A DNA stretch of 63,005 nt, the filler included, from Chiloscyllium plagiosum (taxonomy: Eukaryota): NCBI RefSeq assembly GCF_004010195.1. It is 4 parts of 4 records of this genome, joined end to end, with 100 filler letters (N's around TTAATTAATTAA, not from the genome) between each part and the next. Parts side by side here need not be neighbours in the genome. Positions count along the whole stretch, not along the records: positions 31,607 to 55,596 come from NC_057733.1; 3 more parts are not named here. One strand, given 5' to 3'. The translations under genes and the position numbers were made by a program. Under the pieces are notes generated by a model. It was not told where the DNA came from, made no database searches, and saw only the letters and a program-made list of their open reading frames with translations. Below, one piece after another: positions 39,881-49,894 of this stretch. The first letter of the stretch is position 1. Every line of letters begins with the position of its first letter.

Positions 39881-42800
39881 ATGGTTTCGTATTATATGAT
39901 AAGTATTTTTCCTGTCATCTTATGCACTTTTCCATCTTTTGCACAATGTAAGTCTTGAAGTGCTTCTCAATATTTGGCTCCATTGAATACTCATTCTCAC
40001 TGCACTGATGTGAGTTAATGAAAATTACTGTTTTTCAGGTTTCTTGAAATTAAATTGTGAGTCATCAGTGACAGGAATATTTAGTAAAGACACTAAACTA
40101 CCATGCACATTCAATTCAGCATCAAATATGACTCTGACACATATCGAACTAGTTAAAATGGAAGAAGATAGAATTGTTGAAGTATTTACCTCCAAGAAAA
40201 GTGTCAATGGAATTCAGGGTCGGATTAAATTACTTCACCCAGAATCTCAAGATGTATCACTGGTAATCCAGAACACACAGTTGTCAGATATTGGGACATA
40301 TCAATATCATTTGGAATCAAGTGTTGGTCATGACACTGGTGTGATTATATTGCAGGTTAAAGGTGAGTGATTATTCTGTTTCTGATCTTCCTAATTGTAG
40401 AATGTTGGTTGCAAGTAGTTGGTAACAATTTCTGGTTTTGTTCTCATCCTTAAAAGAGAAATAGGGGCATGATTAAATCGTATGGTCCATCAAGCATGCT
40501 CTCCCATTCAGGGAGAAAGTGAGGACTGCAGATGCTGGAGATCAGAGCTGAAAATGTGTTGCCGGAAAAGCGCAGCAGGTCAGGCAGCATCCAAGGAGCA
40601 GGACAATCGACGTTTCGGGCATAAGCCCTTCTTCAGCCCTTCTCCCATTCAGTCTGATCATCTTTGATCTTGGGCTGCAGCTCCACTTTCCTGCTCTAAG
40701 CCTAAAAAAACATCTGTCAGTCTTAAGTGTATTCAATAATGCAGCATCCACAACCCTCTGGGATGAGGAAGGTTTACAGAAGTTTACATACCTGTGAGTG
40801 AACAATTATAATCCTAACTCAGTTTACCGGAGACTGTGCTTTTGTGGTTTAAATTTCCTGACTGGCAGAATCAATTTCTCTATAACTATCCTGTAAGGCC
40901 CTTTCAGAATCTTACATGTTTCAGAGAGATCACCTCTCACTCTTTTAAACCCCAGAGAATATAAACTCAAAGCAATCAATCTTTCAGCATATGAAAACCA
41001 TCTCATTCCATAACTAAATGTTGTGAACTTTCACTATACTGTGACCAGTGCAAGTCTGTCTTTCCTTAAATGTGGAAGCTAAAACTGCATTTGGACTCTT
41101 GATGTGGTCGCACCAAATACCTGTCTAACTGTAGCAAGACTTCTTTATTCTGCTACTTTAATCCCCTTGCAATAAAGGACAGAATGCCCTTCGACATTCT
41201 CGTTGCTTGCTGTACATACATGCTAACATTTTGTCTTCCTTATTCCTGTCCATGGAAAGTCCCACCTCAAAGAAAACACGAATTATGAAGCTAGTCTCAT
41301 TCCACTAATAATATTGTAATCATCCCTTTTAGCTCCATACAACGTGACCATATTCCCAAACATTATATCAACGAGAAGGGTAAATGTCACCTGTGAAGCA
41401 ATTGGATATCCTCTGGCTCAGATTCATTGGTTGTTGAATGGAACAAAGAACCTCACATCCAAGGTTAATACTCGCAGTGTAAAATCAGCAGAGGAACTGT
41501 ACAAGATCACGAGCACACTTCAAATCACAGAGAAAATAGATATTCCAGAATGTGTTTACATTTGTGCCGTGTGGAGCATGGAAGAGGGTCAATATGTGGT
41601 GCAGAAACACCTTCCATGTAAGTTTGCAACATTCACTCATGAAAGGATTTTGGAAAGTCGATGTTTAAAGAACTAATATATCTAATTTGTTCTTAATATG
41701 TGAACAATATTGCAAGATTATATTGAATAATCATGACTATTTACACTGAAATGTTTTGGGGGATCTTGTTTTAAATTATTGCAGCCTTTTTTCTCAGTGT
41801 CGTTTAAAAGTCAACTTTGCTATTGTTAATGAATAGAGTCACAGTTCGGTACAGATATTCCCAGACCAAACAGAAGCTATGTGGCCGGTCTGAGAATTAA
41901 GATTGACTGTTAACTGCTCATGCTGCAGCTCCAGGCCCAAACGATGAGCACCCTCTTCTCACTCTGTATAAAATGGGGTCTCATTTTATAAATCTCATTA
42001 TTGCATTCTAGATCTAATGAGTACGAAGTGAAATGCTTCAACTTTTAGTCATGTCTTAGTTCTGCTGTTAATTGTATATTTTTCACCCACATTGTCTGTT
42101 TCAGTCTTTCATCAAAGCTCTAACCGTGATGGTAATATTGAAGAGAAAGATAAAAATGTTCTCATAGCAGCCTTTCTGATTATCACCCTTATTTATGGTG
42201 CATTAGTAATTTCTGCTCTTCCACAGTTTAGAAGAAGTTCACATCCAGGTATTTTGATCATTATAGTTATTGCATAATTATGCTAATCACACAAATTATG
42301 ACATTGTCTTACGTTTTGAAACATTTGTTATTATCCTTATTTTGAATATGCTCGTAATCCAGAATCCAATGCAGTTTAACTTAATTATATATCAAATATA
42401 CAATTTCCAAGATTCAATAAAAATAATTGACAGAATCTCTAACATTCTGAATAGCTCCAGATTCAGTCTCTCACTCTAATCTCCTCATTAATACAGTGTT
42501 TCTTACATATCCCTTAGTTGAAATATTGGAAAACAAATATCTTTAAATTACTGATGGAGAAGCATTTGCTGAATAGTTTGCTAGAAAGAAATGTTGAGGT
42601 ATCTCAAGTTATGAATGTTGCCTAATTAATTACAATCCTTGCTTAAAGAAAAGATGGATAAATAAAAACTACACATTCACTTGTCCTGAGCTCCCACATA
42701 AAGGAGATAGAAATGTTTTTGGTGAGTCAGACTGAACTGCTGTGAAGACATTCTATTCAGTCATTTCCATTGAACATCACAGAAAAGATGTGACTCAGTC

Positions 42801-44911
42801 ATCCTTTGGTGGTCCAAGATATAAATATTAAACTTATGATGTTTTGGACAGGGCAAGGAGAATAGAGAAGGAAGTAAACATTTTTTCTTCTTAGTTGTGT
42901 GTAAAGCTGGCATTTATTTCCCAGAGTGAATAACTATGGGATGCTGCTTGACCTTCTTTATCATAGTTTAATACCTGTAATCAGACTGATTCCAATCTAA
43001 AAAACAGATTTACAGAATCTTACGTGGATTTACATGGGCCGACATGACACCAAGTGTTAAAGTTCACTTGAGAATGTTTCTTTAAAAAAGTTCTGCAATT
43101 CACAAACGAAAGAACTGAAAACAACATGTTCATTCTAAAAGATGAGGGACTTAACAAACTATCCTGGTCAATTCAGAGTGAACTAATTGGTGTGCTATTT
43201 GCATTATATTTATATAGGGCTGCAACTTTCCTCTCCAAAAATACATTAGTTTTTAAGCTAGATATTTAGTGAAGTGTTCTCAAATTATCGAAGCCTGTTC
43301 ATTACGTGTGCTGATACTAGGCCCTTCAAGAAAATCTAAAATCAAATTCTCACACTGTGCTTGGTTATTTGAACTTCTGAATCACAGGTCCAAACATTAG
43401 CAATTTGGTAACTTAATCATGAGATTACCATAGACTTCTAGTTGTTAGAAAACTGAAATCTTAGAGGTTCGCTGATTGCAATTATTTTGTATCAATTTGG
43501 TTATAAAGGTATTTTCGCCCTTTGACAAAGGAGCAGGACAAACTATCTGAATTGAGTTCAATAAATGTGATGCTTTTATATCTGTCAATATTGTCATGAT
43601 CATCCAGAGATTACTGCCTTTTCCAAGATTGAGTTTGGAGCTATAAGAATGAATAAACTGCAACATTTTGCAGAAGAATGTGTTAATTAAAATCAACTGT
43701 TATATGCCAGAAACAATGAATTCATTGTTGTGTTGCTTTATTTTCAGAAATTAGAAGAGAATTTGAAATCCCGATGGTAAGTGTGATTTCAAGTATCTGC
43801 ATGTTTTTAAAAGCTTTCTGTCATGGACCAGGCCTGACCCCTCAAAACATTTTCAAGCAGGTAGCCTAGACCATAACTTTGCTATTTGTTTCAGGTAAGT
43901 GTACAGGGGATGTTCCCAGAGTGAACTAGTTGGTCTGACTGCCAAGTTTTAAACAAAGAATTTATTTACAAAATTACAGAATGAAACACAAAGAACCAAA
44001 AATACAACTTATCCGATCCAAACACCCGACAGATATCCCAACTTAATGATGCTGTTCCAAAATACTTCCAACAGTCCCAGTAAACAGACCCCTTAGCACA
44101 AAGAGTTAAAATGACACAAAAAGCTTACAGGTTACAAAGTCAGAAGGGCAGGAGGAGGGAGAGAGCTTCCAGTTTCAACTGTGATCCTGACTCAACTTTT
44201 TTAAAGAAACATTCTCAAGTGAACTTTAATACTTGGCATCATGTCGGCTCAGATAAGTCCACGTAAGATTCTGTAAATCTGTTTTTTAGATTGGAATCAG
44301 TCTGAACATTATAGCACAGACAGTCTCACACAGGGCACCTCACACCTTCAATACATTATCTGGGCCAACATGACACCAACTGTTAAAGTTCACTCGGGAA
44401 TGTCACTTTAAAAAAGTTCTGCGATTTTATGTATGAAAGAACTGAAACCAACATGTTCATTCTAAAAGATGAGAGACTTAACAAACAATCCAGCTCTTTT
44501 TTAATATATAAATTCAGTTACATCACACTGTAAACTTCTGTTATAAATTCTGTGTCTTACGATCTTATACTCCACAATCACCTGATGAAGGAGCAGCGCT
44601 CCGAAAGCTAGTGCTTCCAAATAAACCTGTTGGACTATAACCTGGTGTTGTGTGATTTTTAACTGATTATACCATTTTTTAAAGACATGAAAGCCTTAGG
44701 CTCATTATCTGTTAGGGGTAAACAAAAAGGGCCCCAACAAAACCTTTCAAACCCAGCCTAGTTGGAGCGTGGCCAATTACCCCCTCTCTGAAAAACACAA
44801 GGGCACAATAACTTTGAGATAGGCTCAGCTTTGTGACATTTGTCTCACAACTTTTAAAAGTCTTTTTTCCGTTTTAACCAGGTGTCAAGCGACCACAGGA
44901 TTAATGTTTAA
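39881..44911 (+). CDS. B7-family type I membrane protein, PD-L1/PD-L2 (CD274/PDCD1LG2)-like; exons 39881-39947, 40039-40362, 41333-41617, 42105-42248, 43748-43776, 44882-44911
   Basis: All introns are GT-AG with compatible phases (1,1,1,1,0); 879 nt = 292 aa + stop. Order: signal peptide, IgV, IgC (APY...VTCEAIGYPLAQIHW...EELYKITSTLQI...YICAVW), TM (VLIAAFLIITLIYGALVISAL), tail RRSSHPEIRREFEIPMVSSDHRINV*. AATAAA overlaps the stop. Confidence 0.85.
40039..40362 (+). CDS. IgV-set exon of the B7-family gene (atypical)
   Basis: TKLPCTF, GRIKL, DVSLVIQNTQLSDIGTYQY. No C-strand Trp, and Tyr replaces the F-strand Cys. ttttcag acceptor and GTGAG donor. Confidence 0.88.
40511..40640 (-). mobile_element. 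Short Penelope-derived insertion in the IgV-IgC intron, with TSD
   Basis: Flanked by tctcccattcag direct repeats; reverse-strand hammerhead motif. Confidence 0.75.
41333..41617 (+). CDS. IgC exon of the B7-family gene
   Basis: TCEAIGYPLAQIHW and LYKITSTLQI align by eye with PD-L2 TCQATGYPLAEVSW and PD-L1 LFNVTSTLRI. Both Cys and the Trp are present. Confidence 0.9.
42105..42248 (+). CDS. Stalk/transmembrane exon of the B7-family gene
   Basis: tttcag acceptor; 21-residue hydrophobic stretch followed by FRR; phase-1 GT donor. Confidence 0.85.
43819..44838. mobile_element. Possible solo LTR (TGTCAT...GTGACA) interrupted by a Penelope-derived repeat (~44195-44665)
   Basis: TG..CA inverted ends with near-TSD tttc/tttg. 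The inner repeat ends in CTGATGA-AGGAGCAGCGCTCC-GAAAG and has partial direct and inverted copies at 42980-43165. Confidence 0.45.
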
Positions 44912-46979
44912 TAAAATATAGAACTGGAAAATATAGATTCTGGAAATCTGAAACTCAAGCAAAAATTGCTGGAGAAATTCAGCACGTCTGGCAGCGTCTA
45001 TGGCAAGATAGCAGAACTAAGATTTTGACTTCAATGACCCTTCTACAGAACACAAAACCAATGCTTCGTCGTGTTTGCAGTTAATCAATCTTATTTTTAA
45101 CTTGTACAGAATATACTGATGTCGACATTTTAAAGTAAATGTTTTGACTTCCTCTCTCATCTAGTTAATGGGTGTTAATATTTCTGGTCTGATACAAACT
45201 CCTCCTACCTCTAGAAACTGGCAAATTACAAAGCTTGATGTTGGAAGTCCTAGTGACACATTAACGCCGAGGCTGACAGCCACTCATGTTGTGCCAATCA
45301 TGAAGCACGTGGACAGAGTACAATGTTAAGAAGAAAGGCTGCAAAGGCACTCATAGTAGGTGAAAGAAATGAGCTAACCTGTGAAAGAGAAGACTGAAAC
45401 CATTAAGTTGCATCTGCAGCAAGTGACTGGGCCTGCATAGGGGACAATATTGCCCTCCACCATATGATCACACAGGCACACAAAGTGCCTAGCCCGGCAA
45501 TCCTGCAGCACTCACTGTCTTGGTTGTGCCTCCTCATCATCAACACAACTGAGATCTTCCTGAGATATACACTCCTACACATATACGCTGCTGCTCAGTA
45601 AGCAATTATAGTGGGGCAGGGGTGTAAGATATCGGAGTGAGCTGATGTCATGTACACGTATTGCTACTGCTGTTTCCATGTAATGTAGTTAGCAATCTTT
45701 GCAGCCACCCTTCCCCTGACCCTCATTAATGACCAAGGAGTGATAGCATAGGATGCTATGAGGCATCTAGCCTCAGAACAGAGATAGGGGCATAAGCAGT
45801 AAAATGCAAGAGTTTAAGAAATGTTAAAACTACTTATATACTACTCGTTGTGGAAGGAGCTTTAAGTATGAATTTGTTTTCTCAATAAATTGTCGAGATA
45901 ACACAGTATGGTGAACAGACTATTTAAATCAGGTCTCCGAACTCTGTACAATTTTACAGCCTACACCTACAAGTGACATTAATCATTTTTTCCTCCTGTC
46001 CCTCTCATTGCACTACCCTGAAATACCTCACAGCTGAGATGGAAGGATCATGCTCCGTAATGGAGCTCATTGACCCTGGAGGTTTGTTCGGATGACCCCA
46101 GGGGCTTGTCTGGGTGACCCTGGGAGTTTGCTTGGGTGACCCTGGATGTTTGTTCGGGTCTGGATGGGCTAAACATTTTGAGGGTCCTCTAGCCAGGGGC
46201 AAGCTTAACTTGCTAGGCTGGAGCATCCAACACTCAGGGAGGGGTTAATGGGGGAGGGGAACAAGGTGGAGGTGGAGGGTCTGGCCACTTCCCTGATGGG
46301 AGACTGTTGTGGGACCTGTGTGTAACTCCTCCTCTTCCAGTTTTATGGCTCCTCGCTCTGCCCCATCTCTTTGTGAAGGGATGTACCTGGATGTACAAGG
46401 CTCTTCGTCACTGAGGATCAATGTGTAGGGTTAAGGAGTGCAGGTATTTTGATCCTCCAACAGCTCCTGCTGATGCTGGGCCTGTGTCTTCACAGTAGCC
46501 GCAAATCTGTACATGGAGACAGATGGCCATAAAACTGGCTGCAGTGCTGCAGTGTCTAAGTGATAGCAGGAAGGGAATCGATGCAGTGGCTGTATTACTC
46601 CAGCTTCTCAGCAATGAGGACAAGTGAGACCTCTTGGCCTGCTGCTGCTCACTGTGCATCTGCACAAAGCTACACAGGAAGTGACAAGAAGTTAGTATAT
46701 GACTAAGTCAGTGGAAGACAGTTTGGGAATACACTAACCAACAACTAACAGCTGGTCATGCACCCTGGGAATGAATCAAACATTTAATAATGATTGTGTG
46801 TGAGGACAGTTCCAAAGCAACCCAAGTATAAGGTGAAACCAAAGGATTTACTGAGTGTGATGTCATTGGCAGAGAAACTACTCAGATATCCCATTAGAAG
46901 CTAATCGATCCTCATCAGATCAGATCTAATCAGCCGTTAGTAAATTTAGTCTGTCTGACAGGTGGGTTACTGTATGTTG

Positions 46980-47205
46980 GGAGAAAGTGAGGACTGCAGA
47001 TCAGAGTTGAGAGCGTGGTGCTGGAAAAAGCTCTGCCGATTAGGCAGCATCAGAGGAGCAGGAGAATTGACATTTCAAGCATAAGCTCTTCATCAGCAAG
47101 GATTCGTTCCTGATGAAGAGCTTATGCTCGAAACGTCAATTCTCCCGGACCTCGGATGCTGCCTGACTGGCTGTGCTTTTCCAGCACCACACTCTCGACT
47201 CTGTC
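46980..47205. repeat. Fold-back Penelope-derived element with TSD
   Basis: Head-to-head arms around catcagcaaggattcgttcctgatg, flanked by actgtatgttg direct repeats. Confidence 0.8.
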
Positions 47206-48066
47206 ACTGTATGTTGTTTATGGAATAGGCGCAAATCATTTACACAATTTGCCTAAAGTTTCATCCAGCCAATTTAATTTCATAAAATTTGCTTGATTTA
47301 TGAAATATTTTGTCAGTTAGAATTCTCGATTTCAGGAACCTTACACTGTACAGCTGAAAAGATCGGAATTATTGGTGTGGCCAAATGAGGAGTGCTCTAC
47401 CAGAATAGGCAAAACCATATTTTCCAGACTGCTGTGGCTCTGGGAAACACTTTTCCACCTCATCCATGATTGTTCGCCCTTCCAGGATTGGCTGCTAGTG
47501 TGATCCATGATATTGCAATTATCTAAATGCAAAGACAATTACCTGAAGAGAAAATAATCAAGGGTACAGATAAAGGATGGGCTAGTGGGACTCACTAATC
47601 AGTTCTTCAATGGTGTTGGCATAGTTTTAAAAGGCTAAATAATCTCCTTCTAGACAGTAACCAGTTTACAATCCTATAATTCCATTATTCATGATGATTC
47701 GATTTCAATGAGGTTGCAGTCTCACATTGATTCTATCTTTCAAATTGTCGGAATAGGTCTCCACTTGTCATATGCAGCACTTTAAATCCATCCCAGCACT
47801 TTTGGCAACAGTGCTGAGCAATTGTTACCACAATATTGTAGGAGCGATCAGATTAAATGTGGTCAATCCACACCTGCAGCAACTGAGATTAACTAGCTAA
47901 GCACAGGCTATTCTTGTACTGCCAGAATTGTAGCTATAAGAAAAGCTTTGATAAAATGGGACTTTTTTGGGGAGCAGAAGTAGTTGACTTGGGAATTGAT
48001 TGAGGTGTTTTTAATTTGTATGGAATCTAGAAAAGACCAACTTAGAAGTAGGTCAATAACTTCAGC

Positions 48067-48740
48067 AAATCATCTGCCGACATTCCCGCCACCTCCAAAC
48101 AGACCCCACCACCAGGGATATATTTCCCTCCCCACCCCTTTCCGCTTTCCGCAAAGACCGTTCCCTCCGTGACTACCTGGTCAGGTCCACGCCCCCCTAC
48201 AACCCACACTCCCATCCTGGCACTTTCCCCTGCCACCGCAGGAACTGTAAAACCTGCGCCCACACCTCCTCCCTCACCTCTATCCAAGGCCCTAAAGGAG
48301 CCTTCCACATCCATCAAAGTTTTACCTGCACATCCACTAATATCATTTATTGTATCCGTTGCTCCCAATGCNNNNNNNNNNNNNNNNNNNNNNNNNNNNN
48401 NNNNNNNNNNNNNNNNNNNNNNNNNNNNNNNNNNNNNNNNNNNNNNNNNNNNNNNNNNNNNCTTTTCCACCTATCCACTCCACTCCACCCTCCTCCCTGA
48501 CCTATCACCTTCATCCCCTCCCCCACTCACCTCTTGTACTCTATGCTACTTTCTCCCCACCCCTACCCTCCTCTCACTTATCTCTCCTCGCTTCAGGCTC
48601 TCTGCCTTTATTCCTGATGAAGGGCTTTTGCCCGAAACGTTGATTTTACTGCTCCTTGGATGCTGCCTGAACTGCTGTGCTCTTCCAGCACCACTAATCC
48701 AGAATCAGGTTTCCAGCATCTGCAGTCATTGTTTTTACCC
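48067..48740 (+). mobile_element. Penelope-like element 3' part (spans an N gap at 48372-48461)
   Basis: Same family as 35000-35875; hammerhead motif at 48614; flanked by caataacttcagca repeats. Confidence 0.8.
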
Positions 48741-48909
48741 AATAACTTCAGCAGACGGATTAGAGGAGCATTGAGGAGTATTTCTTAAAACAGTTGGTGA
48801 TGGTGAATTGCATCTCTGCTGGAAATATTGGGAGAAAAGGTCATACTTAAAACCGACTTGGGTATGCAGAGTGCTGTAATCTATAAGAAAGAGAGAGAGA
48901 GAGTAGAGT

Positions 48910-49795
48910 AGCTTTTATTTGTCATTTCTACTAGATACAACTGATACAGCAAAAACGAGACAATGTTCCCCTAATACCGAGATGCTACATTGACAGCACA
49001 AACTACACAATCGTACACGGCATAAAGTGCATAATAAGTGCAAAACACACAAGTTACAGTGTAATAGAAGAATGATAAATAATTGACATTTCTCTGGCAG
49101 CAATTTGAAGTGGTGCCAAGATTTTCAGATGGAAAAGTGTCCAATCATACTGTGTTAAGGAGCCGGATAGCTTGGGGGAAGAAACTGTTGCACAGTCTGG
49201 CGTGAGAGATGGAATACTCCAGTATCTTCTACCAGATGGCAGGAGGGAGAAGAGTTTGAGTGAAGGGTGTATGGGGTCTTCCACAAAGCTCTTAGCCTTT
49301 TGGATGCAACGTGTGTTGTAAATGTCTGTAATGGAGGGAAGAGAGATCCCGATGATCTTCTCAGTTCTCCTCACTATCCGTTGTAGGGTCTTACGATCCA
49401 AGATGATCCCAAACCAGACAGTGATAGAGCAGCTCAGGGTATTCTCAATGAACCCTCTGTAGAATGTAGTGAGGATGGGGGTGGGAGATGGGCTTTCCTC
49501 AGCCTGTGCAGAAAGAAGAGATGCTGCTGGGCTTTCTTGGCTATGGAGCTGGTGTTGAGGGTCCAGGTGAGATTCTCTGCCAGGCGTTAACCAATAAATT
49601 TGGTGCTCTTCACAATCTCCACGGGAGAGCCATCGGTGTACAGCAGAGAGTGGTCAGTCCGTGCCCTCCTGAAGTCAACAACCATCACTTTTGTCTTGTC
49701 CATGTTCAGAGGCAGGTTGTTGGCCCTGCACCAGTACGTTAGCCGCTGCACCTCCTCTCTGTGTGCTGACTCATCATTCCTGCTAAGACAATAGA
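48910..49795 (-). mobile_element. Rex1/Babar-type non-LTR retrotransposon 3' fragment
   Basis: WCRANNLPLNMDKTKVMVVDFRR...VKSTKF; LQRIVR.TEKIIGISLPSI...HPSLKLFSLLPSGRRY. Confidence 0.75.
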
Positions 49796-49894
49796 CCAAT
49801 TTTTAAAAATAACTTCTGTAATTAAAATGGCACCTAATTGTGTAACATATGCACATCTCCCTGTATTAGCAATTTTTGTGAAGATTTGTAGGTT

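Noticed and set aside
39881-44911. Calling the B7 gene the CD274 orthologue or a butyrophilin
   Set aside because: The IgV is atypical, no PD-L synteny is visible and no B30.2 exon was found; orthology needs phylogeny.
45260-46680. Possible decayed DNA transposon (Harbinger-like) with a 22-bp repeat at ~46070-46165
   Set aside because: No TIRs or convincing transposase motif could be read.
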